A stretch of DNA of 25,476 bases from a virus (Duplodnaviria > Caudoviricetes). Under the pieces are notes generated by a model. The model had not been told where the DNA came from. It saw only the letters and a program-made list of their open reading frames with translations, and searched no databases. The position numbers and the translations under genes were made by a program. Below, in pieces: positions 8,021 to 16,218 of the stretch (position 1 is the first letter of the stretch; each line of letters starts with the position of its first letter). The stretch lies in IMG/VR virus record IMGVR_UViG_3300032308_001895, positions 1-25,476 of that record. One strand, written 5' to 3'.

Positions 8021-8510
8021 CTTTGTTATTGTTTTGGTCTCTGTTGCCAATCAACTTTTCCAACAGTTCATTGCGACTGAGATGATTGAGCACTTCGCCG
8101 TGTGCTGTGTCCACGGGCTCGTCCTTGTTGCGATCCTGGTCCATGCGTGCTTTTTTCAACTGGAGATCAATCATTTTGATCTTTTTGTTGAGTTTGGCTG
8201 TTTTGGCTGTTATGGCATGACCCAGCATGTTGCTGGCCACACCAAAAATTTCGCTGGCAAATCTTGAATCTACCTGCATGCCCAAATCCATGAGATCATT
8301 GTAGCTGCTTTTGGCCATGTCTGCTAGATCGTCCATTTCTCGATCGCTGGCATCTAGATCACGCACAGCCGGCAGGGCCGCATCTATTTTGTCAATGGTT
8401 GAATCCAGCTCGGCCAAGCTCAAGCGTGTTTCGGGCAAGGCAGGTATGGCTTGGTCAACTTCTTCAGAAGTAGGCGGCAGATCAAACAACTCTTCAAGTT
8501 TGCGTGTCAT
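8016..8510 (-). CDS. Helical protein (164 aa), possible terminase small subunit (gp16-like)
   Basis: Size, helical/coiled-coil pattern and DSRFASEIFGVASNMLG...KMIDLQLKK loosely resemble T4-like small terminases; adjacent to gp4. The ORF is secure, the function tentative. Confidence 0.45.
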   Translation of the reverse strand: MTRKLEELFDLPPTSEEVDQAIPALPETRLSLAELDSTIDKIDAALPAVRDLDASDREMDDLADMAKSSYNDLMDLGMQVDSRFASEIFGVASNMLGHAITAKTAKLNKKIKMIDLQLKKARMDQDRNKDEPVDTAHGEVLNHLSRNELLEKLIGNRDQNNNKA

Positions 8511-8514
8511 ACCG

Positions 8515-8522
8515 TATTTACC
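8515..8522 (-). promoter_or_regulatory. T4-like late promoter (GGTAAATA)
   Basis: Intergenic, 4 nt upstream of ATG 8510, with no SD. Confidence 0.6.
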
Positions 8523-8526
8523 GGTG

Positions 8527-8958
8527 TCACCCGCGGCCGTTACGGAACATATCGTCTTCGGTTATGACTCTAAAGGTAAGCCCGTTGCGTCTAGCCCATT
8601 TGGTAGCAGCGTCCCATTTGGCATAGTTTACAGCTACCACAGCACCTTCTCTGGCACTCATTTTGCTTTCAATCACGCTTTGTTTTTTGGGTTTGATTTC
8701 TACCAGCTCGGCTATGAGCTGATTGTTTTTGTTTCTATAGGTGATCAGGAAGTCAGGCACATACAGGCTTTGTTTGCCAGTCACAGGATTGCGGTAAGGT
8801 ATCGTGATGCTTTCACTGGCCCAGTTGACCACATGTTCATTGTTGTCAAGAAAGCGCATGAATGCATGCTCCCAGCCCGACCTATATCTGGGCGTGCCTT
8901 TGCCCACATACTTGGAGGCATTTTTGATGGTGTAAGGTCCTTGTGCAAACTTGCTCAT
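8527..8958 (-). CDS. gp4: Head completion nuclease (T4 gp4-like, TnsA-N/PD-(D/E)xK fold)
   Basis: YRSGWE...WASE...IPY...YVPDF...LVEIKP...VNYAKW...FRVITE motifs. Confidence 0.9.
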   Translation of the reverse strand: MSKFAQGPYTIKNASKYVGKGTPRYRSGWEHAFMRFLDNNEHVVNWASESITIPYRNPVTGKQSLYVPDFLITYRNKNNQLIAELVEIKPKKQSVIESKMSAREGAVVAVNYAKWDAATKWARRNGLTFRVITEDDMFRNGRG

Positions 8959-9314
8959 GCTCGCACGTTTCTAGCCACATAGAAATTTGGTGTCAAAGGT
9001 GCATTCAGTCCCAGCAAGGTGCTGCTGCTTCTCAGTCCGTTGAGATAGTAGCTCAAAGTCAAGGTAAGTTCTGGAACTCCCATTCCTTCAAATTGTTGTA
9101 GTAAATCCATCACAGGAATGTCACTTTGTTCTGAAATGCGAAACAAGGTCACTGTAAAGTTACCGGCAGCATCGGCTGTGCCAAACACACTGCGGAAATA
9201 ACTGTACACCGCATCATATTCCAAGGACGATACTGTGGCTTCGTACTCGTAGAAACGATCAAAAATTTGTACAGTCTGATCAACTCGTGGATTGTAACTA
9301 TTGACTGAGCCCAT
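8955..9314 (-). CDS. Hypothetical protein (119 aa), probably tail/baseplate-associated
   Basis: Closely spaced with both neighbours (2-nt gap and ATGA overlap) in the late operon. Confidence 0.75.
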   Translation of the reverse strand: MGSVNSYNPRVDQTVQIFDRFYEYEATVSSLEYDAVYSYFRSVFGTADAAGNFTVTLFRISEQSDIPVMDLLQQFEGMGVPELTLTLSYYLNGLRSSSTLLGLNAPLTPNFYVARNVRA

Positions 9315-9316
9315 GA

Positions 9317-10465
9317 TTATCCCCGAGGTGGTTTAGGAAACAACATGCCGTTGGCTGTGTTCACTGCCACACGCACGGCTCCGGGCAATTGAGCTCGCAA
9401 GATGTCTTTGGAGGCCTGTCTGGCTTCTTGGTCCACAATGCTACGAAGATTTCTACCTTTAAAGGTTTGATAGGCAGTGCCAGCTTGTTGTATGGCTCCT
9501 AGCACATTCTGTACTCCGCCCTTGCCATCAGCCAACAAGGCCAAGTCATCAAATGTGCCTTCGATGGCGTCAATGAGACCTCCTTGACCAAACACTGTGG
9601 CAGTAGCTCCAGGTCTAGCCAGGGCACTTTTTACAGTATCGTAGTGTGCTGGATCGCCAAAACCCACCACAGTATTGCTGGGGGTTGCGCCGCCTACTGC
9701 GCCTTGACCGTACTTGACTGTTTCATACTCTATGGTCATGGTATTGGTCATGATGCCATTGCCTTGACTGTAATCATAGGTGTCATGTTGCCAATCTTTG
9801 ATCATGGGATTGATCAAGGTATAGCTCGCATATTTTTTCTGGCTGAGTCCATATATGGTTATGTCTCTGAAGAAAGGTGGCTTGCCTCCATCTTTGCCGG
9901 CACCAATATTTTTAGTGCCATCGTTGTAGCTTTCTCCGATGTAGCCCCAATCGTTGACCTGACGATCTCCGCTGTAGGTATCTCTAGTGTTGTAGCCAAA
10001 CCCATTTTGCAAGGTCTGCAGGGCGCCAATGCTACCATCGATGGTAGGATTGCCTTGATATTTTTGGCTGGGATCCTTGTAGTAGTAACTGAAATAGTTG
10101 TACCACATGTTGCGAATCAAGTCTCCTTGATCGTCATTGAATACTATTTGCACTGGGTTGTATTGTATTTTGCTTTGTACCAGACGTTTACGATTGTACT
10201 GATTCATTGTGTCAATGCTGACTGTGTAGGTCGGTAACTGTGCTGTCTTGACCATGAGCCCTACACTGGCTATATCGCCATTGCCAAACACATTTTGCAA
10301 GGATGGAATCTGTCCAGTGTTGATATTGAAGAAAACATGAAAGAGGAACTTGGTCCTGGGGCTAAGTTCGTAGCCATTGGTACGGAATGTCTTGGCCGCA
10401 TGGGCATAATCTTTCAGCCCATCGGGTGTAAAAAACCCTTGTAAAAAATCCTGACCAAAGCTCAT
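9317..10465 (-). CDS. Tail tube-fold protein (gp54/gp48-like tube initiator or baseplate cap)
   Basis: VKTAQLPTY...MNQYNRKRLVQSKIQYNPVQIVFNDDQ...W and TMTIEYE parallel the gp19-family pattern; directly follows the tube gene. Confidence 0.65.
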   Translation of the reverse strand: MSFGQDFLQGFFTPDGLKDYAHAAKTFRTNGYELSPRTKFLFHVFFNINTGQIPSLQNVFGNGDIASVGLMVKTAQLPTYTVSIDTMNQYNRKRLVQSKIQYNPVQIVFNDDQGDLIRNMWYNYFSYYYKDPSQKYQGNPTIDGSIGALQTLQNGFGYNTRDTYSGDRQVNDWGYIGESYNDGTKNIGAGKDGGKPPFFRDITIYGLSQKKYASYTLINPMIKDWQHDTYDYSQGNGIMTNTMTIEYETVKYGQGAVGGATPSNTVVGFGDPAHYDTVKSALARPGATATVFGQGGLIDAIEGTFDDLALLADGKGGVQNVLGAIQQAGTAYQTFKGRNLRSIVDQEARQASKDILRAQLPGAVRVAVNTANGMLFPKPPRG

Positions 10466-10470
10466 GAGCT

Positions 10471-11088
10471 TTAGCCTGTGGCTACATCGCCGATGGTTCT
10501 TCCAATAACAGCGCCAACTCCACTTCCAGCTGGAGTTTGAACCGCATTATCAAAGCGTATGGTCATGCTGATCGTGGCCACTGCGCTTTCGGCGTAGTCC
10601 ATGTTGTTGTAGTTGACTTCGCTGAGATAGCAACCATAGATCTCCCAAGTTTCCAATGCTATGGGTTCGTTGGCACCGTTGCCGCCATCTAGAACTTCAA
10701 AGCGTGTAAGGAACTTGTAATCAATACCAGCAGCAGCACTGCTTTGTTCCATGAAATCCAACTGCTTCTGTAGTTGCTCGCCGACTAACCTGCTGACTTG
10801 TCCGCCTGCATCGTCACGAACTTGGCAAGTAAGGTCGCCCCAGCTGTATTTGCCAGCTAACTTGATGGTACTGTTGTAGATTGGAACATCAATGGGTTCA
10901 AAACTCACAGTTGGACGTGTAAAGTCCATGACTTGTTTGGTTAATTCTGTGCGGGGTGTGCTAACGCCAAAATTTTCAAATATCACTCTAAAGCGATACT
11001 TGAGCTTGGGCATTAATAAACCTTGGACTGGGCTGCTTTGGTCACTTGCCAAAGGCACTGTCATTCTACTGAGCGATGAAACGGCCAT
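10471..11088 (-). CDS. gp19: Tail tube protein (T4 gp19-like)
   Basis: PKLKYRFRV...TRPTVSF...LAGKYSWGDLTCQVRDD...ETWEIYGCYLSEVNY...MTIRFDNA; follows the sheath gene; AGGAG SD. Confidence 0.9.
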   Translation of the reverse strand: MAVSSLSRMTVPLASDQSSPVQGLLMPKLKYRFRVIFENFGVSTPRTELTKQVMDFTRPTVSFEPIDVPIYNSTIKLAGKYSWGDLTCQVRDDAGGQVSRLVGEQLQKQLDFMEQSSAAAGIDYKFLTRFEVLDGGNGANEPIALETWEIYGCYLSEVNYNNMDYAESAVATISMTIRFDNAVQTPAGSGVGAVIGRTIGDVATG

Positions 11089-11109
11089 TTGTTATCTCCT
11101 GTGTACTGT

Positions 11110-11117
11110 TATTTATG
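11110..11117 (-). promoter_or_regulatory. T4-like late promoter (CATAAATA) for the tail tube operon
   Basis: Intergenic, between the sheath terminator and the tube SD. Confidence 0.75.
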
Positions 11118-11131
11118 GTAGCTTGAGTCTG

Positions 11132-11159
11132 AAAAATCAGGGTGGTTGGAGCCCTGATT
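11132..11159 (-). terminator. Probable intrinsic terminator after the tail sheath gene
   Basis: Minus strand AATCAGGG-CTCCAACCA-CCCTGATT followed by TTT, starting 8 nt after the sheath stop. Confidence 0.65.
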
Positions 11160-11167
11160 GTTTCCTA

Positions 11168-14100
11168 TTAGACCGCTGCACCTGCAGCAATTTCTCCTGT
11201 GTTCTTGATACGAACCGGTATGTAGATAAACTCTACAGCCTTGACTGGTTCAATAGCAATATCCACATATAGTTCGTTGCGATCGATACGTGCTGGTGTG
11301 TTGTTGGTAAGATCACAAATCACCAGGTAGTCGTAGATGCCGCGCTTGGCCACCAGATCAATCATCAAGCTATCAATAACATTTCTAATTTCATTGCGTG
11401 TGATCTGATCATTGGGCTCAAACAAGAACTGTTTGCCAATGGTTTCCAAACGACCACGTATGAATGCTATCAAACGTGCCACGTTGATACGATCCAAGGC
11501 ACTGGTCAGTGTGGTAGTGGTCTTGTTGCCAAAGTTGGTGATACCCACTCCAGGTATGAAAGTGATAGGATTGATACTGTTTTCATACAAGGTATCACGT
11601 AGGCCTTGACGAACTCCCAGGCTTTCAAATTCACCAGTGGCAGCATTGATGTAACCAATTTGTATGGCATTGTCTACCACTCCACGGCGTGTTCCTGCTG
11701 GTGCCAACCATGGAAATGCCACTTCGTCGTTGCGGATGATTGTTCTGATCATCATATGGCTGGGTGGTTGTACCACTAGAGAACCAGTGGTATCAGTGGC
11801 CTGGCAACTTGGATAAAACACGCCAGCATACACATCACGTGTCAGGAATCCGTCGCCTGTGCTGAGTCCCAGTCCATTGTTGTTGCTGGACCAAGTCAAA
11901 ATATCTTCTGGGCTCAGGCGCAACGGTGTGTCTGCCACAACAAATGCTGTGTTGTTGCGTTCGTTGTTGAGTGCCACCATGTTGGGCAACAATTCCGGGT
12001 ACTGTGGACAACTGATCAAGTTATAAACCAATTGCTCTTCTCTTGCAGTGGTACTGGTATCAATACCGGCTCTAAGAGCCTGGACAATCTGTACACGTTG
12101 TGCCTGGCGACCCATGTATGGGCTACCGTCGGCCTTGACTGGATTTTGTGAAACCCAAGCATTGGTTTCTATTTCTGCCCAGTACGTGGTATTAGTTGGT
12201 ACATTACCGGTCGTGCTTTGTTTGGCCACATAGATCACACCATTGTAGTTTACAAAATCGTTGAAAACGTATGCAGTGGTGGTGTCATAAGCGTCTACTG
12301 CAAAATCACTGGAGTTAAAGTAGTTTACCTGGAATGCCTTGACATTGAATCCACTACGGCGTGTGTTCCACAACAAGGTTCCTTGTGGATACAGGCTAGG
12401 ATCGGGTGCATCAAGATCCAGATAGTCACTGGTCAACAAGCTCACTATAGTTGGGATAGGATCACTGATGGGATTGGTTGTACCATTGGGAGCCCAGCGT
12501 GCATCTGTAAACAAGATTCCGTTTTGTGTGGTTTGATCAGTGTTGTCAATCAACAGCCATTGATCTGTTCCATCCACATTGCTCCAGCGACTGATCACTG
12601 GATAATTTTCCAAATCTCCGGTGTTGATCCAAAGATCACCATAGACCAACGCACTTTGACTTTGGTCAGTCTGTGTCAATGGAGGCGTGGTACTAAAAAT
12701 TGGTCCAGTGGCATTGGTATTGCTGAGGTCGTCTCCGCGTACATCATTGGTGACGTTTTGATAACCTTGCCAAATACCATCATCCTGAATCATGATATCT
12801 GCACTGCCTGTGGTGGCTGCACTGTAATACCATAAACGTCCGTCGGCTGGATCTTGGTCCGGTGCGGTGTTGCTGGCAATATAGGTAAATGTTGGAGTTC
12901 CGACCCAATTACTCAATACTACTCCAGAAGCACCACCATTGACGTAGTTGACTCTTACTCCACGAACTGCGGTAGTAAATCCAGCCGTGGTAACAGGACT
13001 GCCAATGGTATTGATCAATTGGATACTGCCGCCCTGGCTATGTTCAATTATTATAGAACCGTCACTAGCAATGGCAGCACTGACATTGGGCACTGCAGCC
13101 GCACTCACTGCAGAGACAAAATCTACGGCTGTACCTGTGCCACCAATGGTTGCAGTGACTGGTGTGGAAAATGTAACCTGTGAGGTTGGTTGCACTCCAG
13201 CTTGTGAAGCCGCAATGGTAAATGTGTTGCCGACTGTAAACGGACCAGGCGTGCTGTCGGCTCCAGTGATTATGGTAGGACCCGAAGCAAATTTTTCATA
13301 GATAGTAAAACTGCCGGTACTGTTGGCCAAAACATCTACCTCGGCATAGGTTGTCCCGGCTGGGATGCCACTGCCGCCGCCCGAAGGATCTAGTCCATAA
13401 TTTGCATAGGCATCATTGAAATAAACCGGGCAGCCTTGTTGAACAAAGGTGCCAAGTGTGCTGTTGAATCTTTTCACCACAAGATTGGTCCCCAAATTCA
13501 CATTGTTGATCTTCTGCCACACTGATCCAGTGGGACGTGGACTGGTCTGTGTAGAGCCCCAACGTGGAGCATTATAGCTGTATTGAGCTAGATAATCTGT
13601 GGCTACGTATTCGCTTGGAGCAATGCCCAAAGCAGCCAATGGATTTCCAATGCCGTTTTCAAGTGATACGAGACCTTCGCCTGCGGTACTGCCGTCATTG
13701 GTGGCTGTGCTGTCAGCATAAATTTGTAGGCGGCCACCGATCACTGCAGAATACACTCCGGGTATACCATCTGAGTTGATGGCATCGCTGAGTCCATCAA
13801 CGGTGTTGTTTGGAGCAATAGGAACAGCCACCGGATTACCATTGATCGTGATGGTGTTGCCTGCTGTCAAGGTGGTGGGTGCCAGAGTGCCTTGCACTGT
13901 GGGCCAAGCTGTTTTCCAGTCATCGCTACCAACCAATACCCAGGTATTATACAAATCGCCCAAGGTCACATCGCTGGTTTGTGTGGGGTATATAGGACCT
14001 CCACGCTTGTAGTAAATGGGATTCTGGGTGCTGGTAGCCACAACTGCATAGTCGCCTATGCTGCCAATGCTTTGCAATGGTACTGTGCTGGCTGGTTCTA

Positions 14101-14608
14101 AATCATTGGGATCAGTGATTACCAATGGAATCCTGTTTGCAAAAGCACCAGTGACCAAATTCCATTCAAAAATTCCCCAGGCCGTGTTGGCAGTATCTAA
14201 CCAGTATGTTCCATTGTCAGGATTTCCAGTTGGGCGGACCAGGGTAGCGGTAAGTTCGGCCAGGTCAATGTCCACACGTTGTACATAACAACGATTGGAT
14301 ACACCCAGGGCACTGAAAGCAGCCAACAAACCATATTCGTTGAGTTCGTAGCCGTTGATAGGTGTGCCAGCAGTGGTCTTGTAAAAGAAGGGATTGCCAT
14401 ATGTGGCCAATAGATCCCGCTGGCTGGACATGAGCTTGACTTTGTTGGCTTCGGCAGCAAGAGTACCAGCAGCCACGCCAACTCCGGCGCCGCTGACTTT
14501 GTTTTGTGCTGTGGCCAGTAAAATATAAGGTACCGAATTGGTAGCGGAAGGGATATACTGACTTTCGTCAATGATTGTGACTTCTACGCCGGGTGATATT
14601 AGTGCCAT
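11168..14608 (-). CDS. gp18: Contractile tail sheath protein (T4 gp18-like), enlarged by insertions (1146 aa)
   Basis: N-terminal LISPGVEVTIIDES; C-terminal PWLAPAGTRRG, LYENSINPI, FGNKT, SALDRINVARL, FLFEPND, ICDLTNNTPARIDRNELYVDIAIEPVKAVEFIYI. Confidence 0.95.
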   Translation of the reverse strand: MALISPGVEVTIIDESQYIPSATNSVPYILLATAQNKVSGAGVGVAAGTLAAEANKVKLMSSQRDLLATYGNPFFYKTTAGTPINGYELNEYGLLAAFSALGVSNRCYVQRVDIDLAELTATLVRPTGNPDNGTYWLDTANTAWGIFEWNLVTGAFANRIPLVITDPNDLEPASTVPLQSIGSIGDYAVVATSTQNPIYYKRGGPIYPTQTSDVTLGDLYNTWVLVGSDDWKTAWPTVQGTLAPTTLTAGNTITINGNPVAVPIAPNNTVDGLSDAINSDGIPGVYSAVIGGRLQIYADSTATNDGSTAGEGLVSLENGIGNPLAALGIAPSEYVATDYLAQYSYNAPRWGSTQTSPRPTGSVWQKINNVNLGTNLVVKRFNSTLGTFVQQGCPVYFNDAYANYGLDPSGGGSGIPAGTTYAEVDVLANSTGSFTIYEKFASGPTIITGADSTPGPFTVGNTFTIAASQAGVQPTSQVTFSTPVTATIGGTGTAVDFVSAVSAAAVPNVSAAIASDGSIIIEHSQGGSIQLINTIGSPVTTAGFTTAVRGVRVNYVNGGASGVVLSNWVGTPTFTYIASNTAPDQDPADGRLWYYSAATTGSADIMIQDDGIWQGYQNVTNDVRGDDLSNTNATGPIFSTTPPLTQTDQSQSALVYGDLWINTGDLENYPVISRWSNVDGTDQWLLIDNTDQTTQNGILFTDARWAPNGTTNPISDPIPTIVSLLTSDYLDLDAPDPSLYPQGTLLWNTRRSGFNVKAFQVNYFNSSDFAVDAYDTTTAYVFNDFVNYNGVIYVAKQSTTGNVPTNTTYWAEIETNAWVSQNPVKADGSPYMGRQAQRVQIVQALRAGIDTSTTAREEQLVYNLISCPQYPELLPNMVALNNERNNTAFVVADTPLRLSPEDILTWSSNNNGLGLSTGDGFLTRDVYAGVFYPSCQATDTTGSLVVQPPSHMMIRTIIRNDEVAFPWLAPAGTRRGVVDNAIQIGYINAATGEFESLGVRQGLRDTLYENSINPITFIPGVGITNFGNKTTTTLTSALDRINVARLIAFIRGRLETIGKQFLFEPNDQITRNEIRNVIDSLMIDLVAKRGIYDYLVICDLTNNTPARIDRNELYVDIAIEPVKAVEFIYIPVRIKNTGEIAAGAAV

Positions 14609-14615
14609 GGTAATT

Positions 14616-14649
14616 CCTTTTTCTAGTTAAAGATATTTATGGAAAAAGG
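14616..14649 (-). promoter_or_regulatory. Late promoter CATAAATA (14634-14641) inside the loop of an 8-bp hairpin that pairs with the sheath RBS
   Basis: Minus strand CCTTTTTC-CATAAATATCTTTAACTA-GAAAAAGG-AATTACC-ATG. Confidence 0.65.
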
Positions 14650-14691
14650 CAAAAACAAGCCGTGATTGCTCCCCTACCCAGTAGGGTTAAG

Positions 14692-14699
14692 GGTAAATA
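14692..14699 (+). promoter_or_regulatory. T4-like late promoter (GGTAAATA), divergent from the sheath promoter
   Basis: 5 nt upstream of ATG 14705. Confidence 0.6.
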
Positions 14700-14704
14700 T
14701 ACCT

Positions 14705-15049
14705 ATGAGACCCATGTGCATGGCCTGCAATCAACGATTTAGAGCTGTGGCTTATCACCGTGCTGACCGCATACAGTATCGACGTTTGTGTGAGCACTGT
14801 ATCAGGCGCGGCCGCAGACTCAAGCCAGTTGATCCTAGGTGGAAAACAGCAGGTTACAAGAAAAAAGTCATCTGCGATCGCTGTGGCTTTCGTGCAAAAT
14901 ATTCTGTACAACTCTTGGTTTATCACATGGACGGCAATCTTAACAACAATACACTACGCAATTTAAAAACTGTGTGTCAAAACTGCGTGATAGAGATTGC
15001 TAAGAGTGATTTACCATGGCGGCCTGGAGATCTTGAACCAGATCGTTGA
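14705..15049 (+). CDS. Zinc-binding HNH-like protein (114 aa), possibly catalytically degenerate
   Basis: Start reassigned to ATG 14705 (MRPMCMAC). CxxC pairs (CMAC, CEHC, CDRC, CQNC) and VYHMDGNLNNN..RNLKTVCQNC, an HNH-type pattern with YH where HH/DH is usual. Confidence 0.7.
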   Translation: MRPMCMACNQRFRAVAYHRADRIQYRRLCEHCIRRGRRLKPVDPRWKTAGYKKKVICDRCGFRAKYSVQLLVYHMDGNLNNNTLRNLKTVCQNCVIEIAKSDLPWRPGDLEPDR

Positions 15050-15659
15050 CCTGTGTGTAAAGATGGTCCATGGTAGCATTGTTGTCTACCACAGCATCAA
15101 ATTCAGTGCCAATCCAGGCAGTTTCGCTGGCATGTATGGCATATTTTTCTAGCTCAATCTTGCTGGTGGTCCAGGCCATGTTTTGTGGGCCAGAATTCAC
15201 TGTTTCTGCTAGGCAATACCACTCAGGATCAGGGCCACGATGCACACGTACCACAACACCGCCAGCACGCTTGATAGCGGCAATTTCATTGGGGAATCTA
15301 CAGTCTGAAATCACCACATCGTCTGTGGTCTTGCGCAGTTTGTTTTCCAGGCTGGCAATCCAGGTATCATCATGGAACCCTCTACGCACTACTTCAGTTC
15401 CCCAGTATTGCAACACCCATCTTGGAGTCAAATCGGGCATGTCCAAGCGGGTCGCCCACCATGGGTCCACTTGCTCACGCCAGGCTCGGCTGTGTTTGGT
15501 ACGCCCTTCCAGCAGTTCACGATCCCAACCAAACACTGCACTCACAGCGTCTTTGAGTGTGTTGGCAAAACTTTCTCTGCGAAATTGATGTATGTTTACT
15601 AGATAGTCTGCTATGGTGTCTTTGCCTGCACCGATCAGTCCGCATACTCCAATGATCAT
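15000..15659 (-). CDS. gp1: Deoxynucleoside monophosphate kinase (T4 gp1-like)
   Basis: P-loop GLIGAGKDT, FANTLKD, TPRWVLQYWGTEVVR, VVISDCRFPNE, HASE. Confidence 0.9.
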   Translation of the reverse strand: MIIGVCGLIGAGKDTIADYLVNIHQFRRESFANTLKDAVSAVFGWDRELLEGRTKHSRAWREQVDPWWATRLDMPDLTPRWVLQYWGTEVVRRGFHDDTWIASLENKLRKTTDDVVISDCRFPNEIAAIKRAGGVVVRVHRGPDPEWYCLAETVNSGPQNMAWTTSKIELEKYAIHASETAWIGTEFDAVVDNNATMDHLYTQVNDLVQDLQAAMVNHS

Positions 15660-16177
15660 CTGATTTCCTTTACGTTTAGGTGTCTAAGAGTGGCCTGCAA
15701 CATGTCAATCTGTCTACGGCAGTCTTCAAGGGCATGATGACTGGTAGCAGGACGTGGTAGCTCGGGCCATAAACTGTAGATGGTTCTGGCATCACGCACA
15801 TTGTAAAATTGCCAGGGCAAGGGTTTGCCGTAACTCTTGTAGGCGTGTTCCAAGATGTTCATGTCATACGTGGGCCCGTTTGCGAATATGAACTTGTGTT
15901 GCCAGGCCAATTTGTAAAGGCTGTCCAAGGCTTGGTCCAACGGCACACGCCCTTCTTCCATGAAGGCTTCTGTCTGTGCTTCTTTCTGAGTTGACCACCA
16001 CTGCAAGGTACCTTCTTCAATGGCACGATTTTCTTGGCTTTCCAAAGTGATCCTGGCATAGTAGCAACGGTCATAGTAGCCGGTGCCAAACGGATCAAAG
16101 CTCTGTGCGGCTATGGTCAGTATGGTGGCATCCGGACCAGTGGCCAGGCCTTCTATGTCGATCATCAGTGAGCTCAT
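15656..16177 (-). CDS. DEDDh 3'-5' exonuclease (RNase AS/exonuclease VIII-like)
   Basis: Exo I MIDIEGL, Exo II ANGPTYDMNIL, RDART, Exo III HHALEDC. Confidence 0.85.
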   Translation of the reverse strand: MSSLMIDIEGLATGPDATILTIAAQSFDPFGTGYYDRCYYARITLESQENRAIEEGTLQWWSTQKEAQTEAFMEEGRVPLDQALDSLYKLAWQHKFIFANGPTYDMNILEHAYKSYGKPLPWQFYNVRDARTIYSLWPELPRPATSHHALEDCRRQIDMLQATLRHLNVKEIR

Positions 16178-16182
16178 GCTTG

Positions 16183-16211
16183 ATTATAGCATGGATTTAG
16201 GATTAAATCTA
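16183..16211 (-). promoter_or_regulatory. Sigma70-type promoter with extended -10
   Basis: TAGATT-N17-TATAAT with TGC just before the -10; 5 nt upstream of ATG 16177. Confidence 0.65.
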
Positions 16212-16218
16212 CTGTGCG

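Noticed and set aside
8511-8525. ACCG/CGGT stem around the late promoter of the 164-aa gene
   Set aside because: Only 4 bp, too weak to claim as a regulatory hairpin.
8527-8958. TnsA-like nuclease as evidence of a Tn7-like transposon
   Set aside because: Motifs and context match phage gp4 head completion protein; no tnsB/tnsC or terminal repeats.
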